Below the pieces are notes generated by a model. The model searched no databases. It saw only the letters and a list, made by a program, of their open reading frames with translations, and was not told the origin of the DNA. A stretch of DNA of 64,000 nucleotides, from the IMG/VR virus record IMGVR_UViG_3300021961_010439, positions 15,638-79,637 of that record; one strand, written 5' to 3'. Source of the DNA: a virus. The first letter of the stretch is position 1. Every line of letters starts with the position of its first letter. The translations under genes were made by a program, and so were the position numbers. Below, one piece after another: positions 39,938 to 49,055 of the stretch.

Positions 39938-40550
39938 AATATGAATTTTGATTTTCTTGTTTACTGATAGTTTTTTCATGTAGTAAACAAAATCTCGGAT
40001 CCTGTGGTAATGATGCTTGAGCCGTACATCCTATAATAATCTCGTGGACCTTGTTTTGCCACATGATGTGAGGTAAATTTTTAAATAATCGGGCCTGATA
40101 ATCTGGAAAATTAATTCTATTTAGACTATCCAAATTCCAATTCCATTTTTTGATATGATCTGAGGTAATACCATTTACAAAGTTTTCTCTTGGTATCCAA
40201 AATAATTCTATCGATGAATTTTGATCTATTATAGAGTGAATATTTTGTATAAGAAAAGAATTAGGTATTTCATCTGCATCGATTTGAAATATATAATTTT
40301 TGGAACACAAGCTCTTAAGTTTATTTTTCCAGTCAGAAAAATGATTAGTAAAAGAATCTTCAAAATATTTTATATTACCATAATTAACATGATTATTACA
40401 AAATTGTTTGATCTGATCATTAGTTTTAGTAATATCACACAATACTACAATTTCGTCTTTATCTAAATCTATTAATTTTAGTAAATGAGATATTAGTTTT
40501 TCTAATTCTAAATATTCATTACAAACAGTAATAGCATAAGAAATATTCAT
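39924..40550 (-). CDS. Glycosyltransferase family 2
   Basis: ISYAITVCNE, QIDADE, PDYQARL and VHE motifs. Confidence 0.87.
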   Translation of the reverse strand: MNISYAITVCNEYLELEKLISHLLKLIDLDKDEIVVLCDITKTNDQIKQFCNNHVNYGNIKYFEDSFTNHFSDWKNKLKSLCSKNYIFQIDADEIPNSFLIQNIHSIIDQNSSIELFWIPRENFVNGITSDHIKKWNWNLDSLNRINFPDYQARLFKNLPHIMWQNKVHEIIIGCTAQASLPQDPRFCLLHEKTISKQENQNSYYETI

Positions 40551-42736
40551 AAAATATCTTTCAGATTAAAAGATTGTGTGTAACCACTCTGACCAAAATA
40601 AGATCCAAATATTTCTTTTCCTCTTGGACCTATTATTTTAGCTCGTGTATAAGTATTGCAACAATTAGTGCCAACTAAGACAGTTTTAATAATAAAACGA
40701 CAATAGCTATCTATATCTTGTGGAGTAATAGTGACAGGGATTGTTATTTTTGTTTGAGGACATGGTTGATTGGTAAGAGAATTTACGCCGCAGCACCCAG
40801 GAGGGGTAGATACAAGATCAACTCTCTGAATTAATCTTGTTACTTGAGTTTCTGGATTCTGAATAAATATATCGAAAATATCATCCTCACATCTATTTTC
40901 ATCCAAAAATTCTATAGTTATATTAGCAGGAGTACGGCATGGTGTGTCTCTATCTAAAAAGAATTGTTCGTATTTCATGTCTTTTCTTTTAAATGGTGGA
41001 TTATCTTCAAAAGATAATGCAAAAGCTATTCCCCATGCTTGCTGATTACTACCACACTGTTTAAAATCACATCCATTAAAATCAAAACAATTATTACCAC
41101 AATTTTCTGTATCTTTAAGCTCTACTTCCAATGCTCTATTACATGCTCTTTCTGATACATAATTAATTCTTACAAATTTACAATTTACTCTTGTCCATAC
41201 AGTCTTAAATGATCTTTCTAAACGAATATATCCACCTCTGCCTCCAAATCCATCCGATATTGGAACTCCTACGCCATCAGGTGATGATGTACTTCTCCCT
41301 TCTATTTCTAATGGTTGGCATAGGGTTTTGTAAAAAGGATTACAGTCATTAATTTTTTCAACATTTGCTGATGTTTGTAATATACAATCTAAATGTGTTC
41401 CAGTAATTAAAAATGATCCTTTCGGGATTGGTCCCCAGTCTGGCTCTCCGCCGCTATTCCATTCGCCCCACGAATTAGCTATAAGAAATAAACTATCTGG
41501 ATGTAATCTTCTGGTATCATCACACCCAATAATAGCCATTGTATGATACCATAGTCTATCAGGATATGATAATCCAATACTATCTCTAACATTAGAAAAC
41601 CCTACATTGGTGCTAAGAACTATTCCATATCCATTATGTAGAAATGCTCTTGCTTGTACACTATCACTAACTCTCATTATGCTTTTTATACGTTTTACTG
41701 GTAATACAGTATTAGATGGTAGTCTACGATTTGTTCCATAGTAATGCTCTTCCTCATTTAATACATTATATTGTAATCTATTATAGTCAAAACCATTTTG
41801 TTGTTGAGCATATCGTATAAAAATTTTAGGATCTCTTGTAGAATTAAAACTATCACTACTTTTATTGATAAAATTGCCATATCCTCCATAAGATTTTCTT
41901 AAAAAATATCCAGCATGAATATAGTCTGTTATTTTATCAAAAGGAAAACCAGACCCAAGAGGAGCATTACCACTAGGCCATGATGGATAAGGTTCCTCTG
42001 CGCATTCTGCTAATGCTCTGCCAGTTTTTTCAGAACATCCCCAATCTCCACCAGGAATACATTGTTTTCTTATTGGCGGACAAGCTTGAGCGGGAGGACA
42101 TGCACATCCGTATTTTCCTCCTAATAGGGTAGGAAAACATTCGATATTAGGTCCTCCAGAATATCTTCTATTTGAATATGTTGTTGGTATAACATTAGGG
42201 CCACAAGATATTAATCCTTTTATTAAAGAATTTTTAGCAAATTGATATATTGGTTCTGTAGCTCCTCTAGCCTCCCAGTCATATAGTGGATCGCTAGTAT
42301 TAGTTTCGTGTGCCTTAAAAAAAAGATCACATGCTCTACTAATATCAGCAGCATTACGTATAGCATTTGCTATACTATGATATTGACTATCTTGTATTTC
42401 TTGAAAACAATCAGGATCTAATATTTGTAAAAATTTATATGGTAAAGATAATCTACCAGCACTACTAGCAGCAAAACCATAAAATTTTACTTTCCATTGT
42501 TCTAGTATTGGTAAAGAATCAACATTATCAAGATCTTGAGAAATTGATATATTATCAAGTTTAGATTTATATGAGTTATAACAAGGAAAAGGTAGCATCT
42601 TGCTAAGATGAGCCCAACCTTCCATATCATAAACAGCACCTTTGCCCCATTTTAGATTTCTACTACCCCATGTATAGCTAGTATCACAGTAATTATATGA
42701 AAATTCAAAATAATATTGTTGGGGTGTTAAGGCCAT
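40547..42736 (-). CDS. Papain-like (C1) peptidase paralogue with Cys-to-Ser at the nucleophile position and Cys-rich insertions
   Basis: Aligns with 45295..46224 (ARGATE, HTMAIIG, NSWGEWN, WGPIP.GSFLI); Ser121 replaces the catalytic Cys. Confidence 0.75.
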   Translation of the reverse strand: MALTPQQYYFEFSYNYCDTSYTWGSRNLKWGKGAVYDMEGWAHLSKMLPFPCYNSYKSKLDNISISQDLDNVDSLPILEQWKVKFYGFAASSAGRLSLPYKFLQILDPDCFQEIQDSQYHSIANAIRNAADISRACDLFFKAHETNTSDPLYDWEARGATEPIYQFAKNSLIKGLISCGPNVIPTTYSNRRYSGGPNIECFPTLLGGKYGCACPPAQACPPIRKQCIPGGDWGCSEKTGRALAECAEEPYPSWPSGNAPLGSGFPFDKITDYIHAGYFLRKSYGGYGNFINKSSDSFNSTRDPKIFIRYAQQQNGFDYNRLQYNVLNEEEHYYGTNRRLPSNTVLPVKRIKSIMRVSDSVQARAFLHNGYGIVLSTNVGFSNVRDSIGLSYPDRLWYHTMAIIGCDDTRRLHPDSLFLIANSWGEWNSGGEPDWGPIPKGSFLITGTHLDCILQTSANVEKINDCNPFYKTLCQPLEIEGRSTSSPDGVGVPISDGFGGRGGYIRLERSFKTVWTRVNCKFVRINYVSERACNRALEVELKDTENCGNNCFDFNGCDFKQCGSNQQAWGIAFALSFEDNPPFKRKDMKYEQFFLDRDTPCRTPANITIEFLDENRCEDDIFDIFIQNPETQVTRLIQRVDLVSTPPGCCGVNSLTNQPCPQTKITIPVTITPQDIDSYCRFIIKTVLVGTNCCNTYTRAKIIGPRGKEIFGSYFGQSGYTQSFNLKDIL

Positions 42737-42740
42737 AGTC

Positions 42741-43118
42741 TCACCCCGGAGATATAGAACATCTATTGCATTTATATCTGTCTATTTCTGCGCTAGTAGC
42801 AACCTGTGGATTTATTTTCTCTGTTTTACCACAAACTCTGCACTTAACACTTATTGGTTCATAAGTTCGTGTTCTTGGTACAGGGGGGTGAACTGCTAAC
42901 TGTTTGTCTATGGCTATATCTTCTTTATGCATATGTTTTTCCATCATTTTATCAAATTTATTCCATGTATTTGTATTTTTAATACTAGGTTTAATTTGAG
43001 TAAATTTTTCTGGATTTTGATCTTCTTCTACTACCGTTGCTGATAAAGACTCTGGGGTTTCCAGCATACTTTGTAAAATAGATATCATTGCTTGTATTTT
43101 ATCTGGATCGACATTCAT
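42741..43118 (-). CDS. Hypothetical protein with a C-terminal Zn ribbon
   Basis: CRVCG...CNRC motif. Confidence 0.7.
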   Translation of the reverse strand: MNVDPDKIQAMISILQSMLETPESLSATVVEEDQNPEKFTQIKPSIKNTNTWNKFDKMMEKHMHKEDIAIDKQLAVHPPVPRTRTYEPISVKCRVCGKTEKINPQVATSAEIDRYKCNRCSISPG

Positions 43119-43444
43119 GATATTTTATGTATGTAAGAAGAGTTACCGGGTTTTTTAGGATAATTTTTTCTTGCTTCGTCGTTTATCATAGAAGCCTGTT
43201 GTGTCATAATAGATACGCTATTATTATTATTTTGGGAATGTCTAATCATAAAGTCTTTTGAACTAGTTTTTGATATGGGCTTATTTTCTGGTTGTGATTG
43301 TTGAATCTGAGGTTGTTCTGATAAAATTTTGTCTATCTGTTTTGTTGTAACACCTAGTTCTTTACAAATATTTTCAGCACTATTTCCTTGACTATTTAGC
43401 CACAGTATAGCATATTTGTTACTTTTACTTAATCTCGCCATCAC
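43115..43444 (-). CDS. HTH-containing hypothetical protein
   Basis: SAENICKELGVTTKQI helix-turn-helix. Confidence 0.65.
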   Translation of the reverse strand: MMARLSKSNKYAILWLNSQGNSAENICKELGVTTKQIDKILSEQPQIQQSQPENKPISKTSSKDFMIRHSQNNNNSVSIMTQQASMINDEARKNYPKKPGNSSYIHKIS

Positions 43445-43845
43445 TCAGCCTCTCTTTCAGCATTTGTTAACCAGGATATATTTTTGGTTTGTAAAAATTT
43501 TACGTATAGATTAAGAGTTTTTTCGCTAACCTCTTTAAATTTTTCATTTGATCTACATATACGATCTAGAAAAGTTTTATTATTTTCTGCACCATAAATA
43601 GATACAGGATTATAAAACTTATTATTTGAATCTATTCTGATCATATATTTTTTAGTTCCATCATTTCTAGATATTGATTTGGCGCATATCGGTTCGCCAT
43701 TATGGGTTGTCAAGGTATTATTATTAATATCTTGTTCTTTATACTCATATTGGTCAGATAATGTATAAACTATAATATTTTCTTGAATTATAGATTGATT
43801 ATTAAATATGCTATTATTATGAATACATGTAAAGTCTAGTGTCAT
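43441..43845 (-). CDS. Hypothetical protein
   Basis: Coupled ORF. Confidence 0.65.
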   Translation of the reverse strand: MTLDFTCIHNNSIFNNQSIIQENIIVYTLSDQYEYKEQDINNNTLTTHNGEPICAKSISRNDGTKKYMIRIDSNNKFYNPVSIYGAENNKTFLDRICRSNEKFKEVSEKTLNLYVKFLQTKNISWLTNAEREAE

Positions 43846-43846
43846 A

Positions 43847-44194
43847 TTAGTACCACTTATTTTTAATTTTTTGTTTTTTCATACGACTCATACCAGTTGG
43901 CAATGATTTATGGCTTGGTTGATCTTTATAGTCATTATGTTTAGAATATAATTCTACTTTTTGATCATTACTCATTCTATCTCGATTACGATTAGCAATA
44001 TCACCTATAGTTTTTAATTCACTATCAGACTTTTTTACAAAACTAATACTTTGTTGAGCATCATCTACATATGATCTAATAGTTTTAGATGATGAGCAAT
44101 AAGAGCACTTGGGTTGATCAGTATAGTCTTTAAAAAAGAAAAATAGTTCAAATTTTTTGTTGCACTTTTGACAACAATATGTATAAGTAGGCAT
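43847..44194 (-). CDS. FmdB-family Zn-ribbon protein
   Basis: MPTYTYCCQKC...FE...CSYCSS motif. Confidence 0.85.
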   Translation of the reverse strand: MPTYTYCCQKCNKKFELFFFFKDYTDQPKCSYCSSSKTIRSYVDDAQQSISFVKKSDSELKTIGDIANRNRDRMSNDQKVELYSKHNDYKDQPSHKSLPTGMSRMKKQKIKNKWY

Positions 44195-44211
44195 AAATCC
44201 TTTCCTTTTAG

Positions 44212-44242
44212 ATTATAGTAAGTCCAAATTGCCGAGTATCAA
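44212..44242 (-). promoter_or_regulatory. Sigma70-like promoter
   Basis: TTGATA-16 nt-TACTATAAT upstream of the FmdB-like gene. Confidence 0.55.
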
Positions 44243-44243
44243 A

Positions 44244-44492
44244 CTACTTTTGCATAAGATTATTGTATAATAGAAGAGTTACTATGCCGCCGGTTACTCC
44301 CATAAAAATACCAGATGGACTAAGACTATCATATGTTCCGAGCATATATAAAATGGCCCCGCCCATATAAGAGCCTGCTACTCCAAGAGCAACAGTTTGA
44401 AAAAAGCCAAGTCTTAAATTAACAGGAACAATTGCTTTGGCTAATGAGCCAACAAATAAACCATAAACTACCCATACTAAAAGACTAAACAT
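44244..44492 (-). CDS. GlsB/YeaQ/YmgE transglycosylase-associated membrane protein
   Basis: W.V.GL.VG.LAK...P...G...T..LGVAGS..GG motif; three TM segments. Confidence 0.88.
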   Translation of the reverse strand: MFSLLVWVVYGLFVGSLAKAIVPVNLRLGFFQTVALGVAGSYMGGAILYMLGTYDSLSPSGIFMGVTGGIVTLLLYNNLMQK

Positions 44493-44874
44493 TGGTTGCC
44501 TCCAGAAGTGTTAAAGATTCTTCGTCATTTAGATTCTTACCAACTTCCATGATGGCGTTTTTAAGACTAACTCCATATTCTTTGTATTGTTGTTTACTAA
44601 GGTGTTGTTTAATTATTCTATTTAATCTATAATTATTCAACCAATTGTCTTTGATGGTTAAATTAACTATAGTATGACGTAGATCAAGAGCTTCGCTCAT
44701 TTTATCATTCTTTCTTCTTTTACTTCGGCACTCTTGTATAACGCGAATAAGACTAAGAATAACTCCAATAACAATTATGATAGTTATAGGGTCAAATCCA
44801 TGATTTTCATTTTTAATATTAGCTTTGGTAATAATTTTTTGTGCTAAATTTGATAACTTAGGATCTATTGTCAT
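44485..44874 (-). CDS. Membrane protein
   Basis: DPITIIIVIGVILSLI TM segment followed by a basic stretch. Confidence 0.7.
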   Translation of the reverse strand: MTIDPKLSNLAQKIITKANIKNENHGFDPITIIIVIGVILSLIRVIQECRSKRRKNDKMSEALDLRHTIVNLTIKDNWLNNYRLNRIIKQHLSKQQYKEYGVSLKNAIMEVGKNLNDEESLTLLEATNV

Positions 44875-44883
44875 AAAAATCTC

Positions 44884-45120
44884 CTATTTTTCTGGAACAC
44901 AATATCCACAATCAACCATTTTAATTCCATCTCCACTCAAATATTGACCAGTTCCTTTACATACTGGACATTCTTTTCTTTTATACTTTTTACTAGGTTC
45001 ATTTCCAATATTTTTTACTACCGATCCTGCCACAATTACAGGAGCTAATGATCCTCCATCATATCTATGTGAACTAAAAAATAAAGATACTATTAAAAGT
45101 GGTAAAATTAATTTATTCAT
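44884..45120 (-). CDS. Small membrane-anchored protein with a DnaJ-type Zn motif
   Basis: N-terminal hydrophobic segment; CPVCKGTG...CGYC. Confidence 0.7.
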   Translation of the reverse strand: MNKLILPLLIVSLFFSSHRYDGGSLAPVIVAGSVVKNIGNEPSKKYKRKECPVCKGTGQYLSGDGIKMVDCGYCVPEK

Positions 45121-45287
45121 TTTTTGCCTCTAGGAAATAATTTTTTTCGTTTTAGAGGAGGTGTAGGAATTATAGGAGTATTATCTGTGTCTGTTTTTAT
45201 GGGTGTTATCAGTTTTATAACAGATAGGATAAATGAAAGTATAATAGATATTAGTCTATTGAGCGCTAATTTATCAAGAAATCTCAT
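45117..45287 (-). CDS. Small membrane protein (56 aa, not in the ORF track)
   Basis: MRFLDKLALNRLISIILSFILSVIKLITP...KRKKLFPRGKK; ATGA overlap with the next gene. Confidence 0.6.
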   Translation of the reverse strand: MRFLDKLALNRLISIILSFILSVIKLITPIKTDTDNTPIIPTPPLKRKKLFPRGKK

Positions 45288-45294
45288 AGTTTTC

Positions 45295-46224
45295 TCATCT
45301 TTCTAAATAGTCAAAACCATAATTTGGTAATTTTTGTAATGGAAAACCGTCGAAGTCACTGAAAGCATATGCTCCGTTACCCTTTAACATTCCGGCAGCA
45401 ACATCTGCTTTAATTAAAAATGACCCGTCAGGAATCGGTCCCCACGCTGGGTGACCGCCATCATTCCATTTACCCCAACTATTCTGTACGAGAAAAGCTG
45501 GTTCACTACCAGTATCGTCGCAAGCAATCCATGCCATAGCATGAGCCCACGATCCTTGTGGTTTTGCAAATCCTTTACTATCTCTTTTACTGCTAAATCC
45601 ATAACTACTACAAACACTAATACCATATCCATTAGCTAAAGCATCTCGTGCTTCTTCTACTGTTCTAATAAGACTTACTGTTTTAACTTGGTGATCATTA
45701 GCTAGATCAATAACTTTATCTGGTAGTCCACGACCTCCCCATCCAGCACCTAACATTCCTTGATATTTAGTTAAGTCTACAACTCCTTTATAATTTTTTC
45801 TAACTAGTACTCCTCCAAATCTACTAACAAATTCTGCGGCTCTTGCACAACTCATACCTTGACCACCATGACCCCTAGCGCCATATATGGCTTCTGTCGC
45901 TCCTCTTGCTGTCCAACTTTCTTTATTCGTATGAACATCTATTTCTACTGCTCTTGTAATATCAACAGCGTTTCGTGTACTATGTGAAACACAGTCTCCA
46001 GTAACTTGTCTTTCATTATAAGGATTCTTATCAAACTTTAATACGCTTTTGTATGGAGCTGATAATTTACCCTTACCAGTTCCAGTTATTTTTTTTGCAC
46101 CATCTCCAAAGTAAGCATATTTAGAATTTTCTAATAAACTTTCAAATACATGTTCTTCCCATAAACATCCTTTAAATCCGTCTTTATAAAGTTTTAATAG
46201 CTGATCTGGAGAAAATTTAGACAT
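45295..46224 (-). CDS. Papain-like (C1) cysteine peptidase, intact
   Basis: Q73...GDC78VS, WAHAM and QNSWG, i.e. the Q/C/H/N catalytic set. Confidence 0.85.
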   Translation of the reverse strand: MSKFSPDQLLKLYKDGFKGCLWEEHVFESLLENSKYAYFGDGAKKITGTGKGKLSAPYKSVLKFDKNPYNERQVTGDCVSHSTRNAVDITRAVEIDVHTNKESWTARGATEAIYGARGHGGQGMSCARAAEFVSRFGGVLVRKNYKGVVDLTKYQGMLGAGWGGRGLPDKVIDLANDHQVKTVSLIRTVEEARDALANGYGISVCSSYGFSSKRDSKGFAKPQGSWAHAMAWIACDDTGSEPAFLVQNSWGKWNDGGHPAWGPIPDGSFLIKADVAAGMLKGNGAYAFSDFDGFPLQKLPNYGFDYLER

Positions 46225-46718
46225 TATTTGCTACCTTCATAAAATGCCCATGATAAACCATTAAAAACTTCAACAGCTTTTTTCCTTAAATTTTGATCTA
46301 GTACAACATTATCGTCACCAATATAGTTAATAACAGCGCTATTAGTTACATTAGCTAATTCCGGATATTTACCTTTAAGGTCCAAATTATATAGTAGTCC
46401 TGCGAGTCTATTAGAGTCTCGTATTTCATCTGTATTTTTTATAACTTGATTAGTTTCGTCTAAACTAATTAGTTTAGCTAAATCAGAATATAAAGAACTT
46501 AATTTAACGCCATCAACAACCCTGTCAGAACTACCATTTTTTAGAACATCTATTATTTTTTCACAATCTTTTCTAAGATTAGGATCTAATGGACTTTCTA
46601 CTACAACAGATGTGATTGGAGTTGGGTTGATTGTTGGTTTAATAACTGGACCAATAACACCATATGCTACCAATAGTCCACCAATAACTAGCAATATTAC
46701 ATTAGTATATTTATTCAC
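46224..46718 (-). CDS. Membrane-anchored hypothetical protein
   Basis: N-terminal TM, Pro/Thr linker and helical domain; GTG start with an AGGAG RBS. Confidence 0.7.
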   Translation of the reverse strand: MNKYTNVILLVIGGLLVAYGVIGPVIKPTINPTPITSVVVESPLDPNLRKDCEKIIDVLKNGSSDRVVDGVKLSSLYSDLAKLISLDETNQVIKNTDEIRDSNRLAGLLYNLDLKGKYPELANVTNSAVINYIGDDNVVLDQNLRKKAVEVFNGLSWAFYEGSK

Positions 46719-47071
46719 TTGGTTTTCTCCTGTATGCAATTATATGGTCCTAAATGTGGAAAAACATTGTCTAGTAATTTTACTGATTCACTACATCCCA
46801 TTTTTTCTGCTAGATCTCTTGTATTTTTCCAACTACTAACTAGTTTCAAAAAATCAGCATCATTTTTAACAACGGAGGGGTTTGTTGTTGTGGTTTCTGT
46901 TGATTTAATCTTGTTGGTGATATTATTGACTATATTCATAGCCCATTCTTTAAAAGGTACTAACTTATCCTTAAATAAGACAAATAGAACTAGAGCGGCT
47001 CCGCCGTAAACCATCAAATCCGTTGAAGATAATCGACTACTAAATTCTTGAAAAGTTTCTGTATAATTCAT
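46715..47071 (-). CDS. Membrane protein
   Basis: Single TM segment LMVYGGAALVLFVLF. Confidence 0.7.
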   Translation of the reverse strand: MNYTETFQEFSSRLSSTDLMVYGGAALVLFVLFKDKLVPFKEWAMNIVNNITNKIKSTETTTTNPSVVKNDADFLKLVSSWKNTRDLAEKMGCSESVKLLDNVFPHLGPYNCIQEKTK

Positions 47072-47082
47072 AACCTATCCTT

Positions 47083-47514
47083 TCAGAGTATATAATTTTG
47101 TTGAACAACTAATTTGGGTTTAAAAATTCCTGCCTCTCTAAAAATTTTGACCATACTATCTATGGTGGAACCAGCTAATATCATTAAAAAGCTTTTAACA
47201 TAAGAATGTATGTATCCCTCTATTATGGATGGAACAAAAGGGATGTCAACAACCAAAAATAAGCTATCATAGAATTTACTAATCATACTCATAGCTAAAG
47301 CTTTTTTCTCTGGACTACTTAAATCATTTCCAATAATTTCTATTATTTGTATAATACTAGCTATTGCTAGCTGTAAAAGTTTCCATGCTTGATCAACTGC
47401 AAATCGTTTAACATCCTTGAAAGACGATTTAGTTGTTTGTATTAGTTTTTCTACTTCTTTTACTATTAGTTCTTGGCTTGTTGTTTTTTCTGGCTGGTTG
47501 TCGTTTTGGCTCAT
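47083..47514 (-). CDS. Hypothetical protein
   Basis: AGGAG RBS before the ATG at 47514; amphipathic helices. Confidence 0.65.
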   Translation of the reverse strand: MSQNDNQPEKTTSQELIVKEVEKLIQTTKSSFKDVKRFAVDQAWKLLQLAIASIIQIIEIIGNDLSSPEKKALAMSMISKFYDSLFLVVDIPFVPSIIEGYIHSYVKSFLMILAGSTIDSMVKIFREAGIFKPKLVVQQNYIL

Positions 47515-47779
47515 TTTTCTTCTCCTTTTTAACTTCTGGTTCTTTTGATTCTTCCACAATCGTTGTATTTATTTTAGCAGTTTTTCTAGCATTAATATAC
47601 TTATATAGTATTACAAATTGTCCACCAATAAGAATACAACTTTCAACAGCATGACTAACTACGCTGATAAGTTCTTCTTTATTTGAGTGATCATTAATAA
47701 TACCAGTTAAATATAATCCACTAAATATAAAACTAACTAAAGTAAACCAAAATTCACTTGTTCTATAACCAGGTTTCAT
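47429..47779 (-). CDS. Holin-like membrane protein
   Basis: MKPGYRTSEFW motif, two TM segments and a highly basic C-terminal tail. Confidence 0.55.
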   Translation of the reverse strand: MKPGYRTSEFWFTLVSFIFSGLYLTGIINDHSNKEELISVVSHAVESCILIGGQFVILYKYINARKTAKINTTIVEESKEPEVKKEKKNEPKRQPARKNNKPRTNSKRSRKTNTNN

Positions 47780-47795
47780 ATTTATCTCCAATTAT

Positions 47796-48011
47796 TTATG
47801 ATATATAGCCAGAACCTTGAACCCCATTACCATAGTAGTAACTAGGATCATCAAATCTGTCTGTATATTTTGCTTGTATATCTGTTATGACAGGAGTATT
47901 TTTTACATAAGTATTTAATGTGTTATAATAACCAGTAAATGTTGTTGTAGTAATAGTTGTACCATTTTTTATAGCATTAGCGCTAATAGCTTTTGCAATA
48001 TCATTTGCCAT
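47796..48011 (-). CDS. Hypothetical protein
   Basis: Coupled 71 aa ORF. Confidence 0.65.
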   Translation of the reverse strand: MANDIAKAISANAIKNGTTITTTTFTGYYNTLNTYVKNTPVITDIQAKYTDRFDDPSYYYGNGVQGSGYIS

Positions 48012-48014
48012 ATA

Positions 48015-48335
48015 CTATGCCCTTTCTATTCTTTCTTCTAGTGCTTCTAGTGTTTTACCCAATGTAACTAGTTGTATTTTAAGTTCGTTCATTACTTCTG
48101 TATTTCTTTGTAATGCAGAAGCGAATGCTGCTTGACTTTCTTTGTTAGCAGCTAATCTTTCCATAATGAATTGTCTATCTTGAGAATATGGACTTTGAGT
48201 CTCAATCATGTGTAAGACATCACTTTTGCTAGCCATATTCCGACCAATGGTTACCCAAAATCCTATCATTGTTACTATAATTCCAACTAATGCAGTAGCC
48301 AAACTTTGCCAGAAATGAATGATAGTTTCACCCAT
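48015..48335 (-). CDS. Membrane-anchored coiled-coil protein
   Basis: N-terminal TM followed by a heptad coiled coil. Confidence 0.7.
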   Translation of the reverse strand: MGETIIHFWQSLATALVGIIVTMIGFWVTIGRNMASKSDVLHMIETQSPYSQDRQFIMERLAANKESQAAFASALQRNTEVMNELKIQLVTLGKTLEALEERIERA

Positions 48336-48364
48336 ATTATTTTTCTCTCATAAGAAATAAAGTC

Positions 48365-48380
48365 TATATTAGATACACCA
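48365..48380 (-). promoter_or_regulatory. Candidate phage-sigma promoter motif
   Basis: TGGTGTATCTAATATA immediately after a terminator and upstream of the membrane cluster. Confidence 0.45.
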
Positions 48381-48394
48381 CTGGCCTTATAAAT

Positions 48395-48425
48395 AACAAA
48401 AGCCAGCGAAAAGCTGGCCTTTGTT
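48395..48425 (-). terminator. Intrinsic terminator
   Basis: GCCAGC-GAAAA-GCTGGC stem flanked by AACAAA and TTTGTT, downstream of 48451..49011. Confidence 0.8.
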
Positions 48426-48450
48426 GATTATTTAAAACAATCTGTTTAAA

Positions 48451-49011
48451 TTAGCCATTCTTGGCTGGATAATCTGCTTGTACTGCTGACTTACCTAATG
48501 TATAAGCAAATTCACCAGGAGCACTTCGTGAAGCACGAGCAGCATCATCACTACCGAAAGAATCAGTACTTGTTTGCGGATATCCTGCTTCATACTCTCC
48601 AGTATATCTATTATACTTATTAGCTCTGATAGCAGAAGCAGTTTTAACAGTACTAGCGCTTTCAATACGATTAATACTTCTAGTTAAAATTGGTGTACTA
48701 CCAGCACTTCTGAGAACATTATTAGCTTGACCAGCAATTTCTGTTGTTGATCTTAATATAATTCCACGAGGATGATCATGAGCAAAACCACCGGCACTTA
48801 TTGACTTGCCAGCATCATCACCGTCGTATGGAGTGGATGCAAAAACAGTTGTGTTAGTTCTGGTCACACCTACTTTTGAAAATTTGCCAGAAGCGATGGT
48901 GCCACCTTTAACTCCGGCAATAACACCACCATCATTATCAGAACCACTACCTACTCTATTTGGTGGATTACTGGCCGAATATGCATTACCGTCAACTTTT
49001 GCGATAGCCAT
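48451..49011 (-). CDS. Gly/Ala/Ser-rich protein, probably virion structural
   Basis: Composition, a GGAG RBS and its own terminator suggest high expression. Confidence 0.5.
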   Translation of the reverse strand: MAIAKVDGNAYSASNPPNRVGSGSDNDGGVIAGVKGGTIASGKFSKVGVTRTNTTVFASTPYDGDDAGKSISAGGFAHDHPRGIILRSTTEIAGQANNVLRSAGSTPILTRSINRIESASTVKTASAIRANKYNRYTGEYEAGYPQTSTDSFGSDDAARASRSAPGEFAYTLGKSAVQADYPAKNG

Positions 49012-49055
49012 AAAAATCTCCATTACTTAAAAGGGATTAAGGTGAACAGTATATA

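Noticed and set aside
28213-40550. Cellular O-antigen locus or chimeric host contamination
   Set aside because: Composition, strand and tight coupling match the flanking phage genes, and no wzx, wzy or ABC export genes are present.
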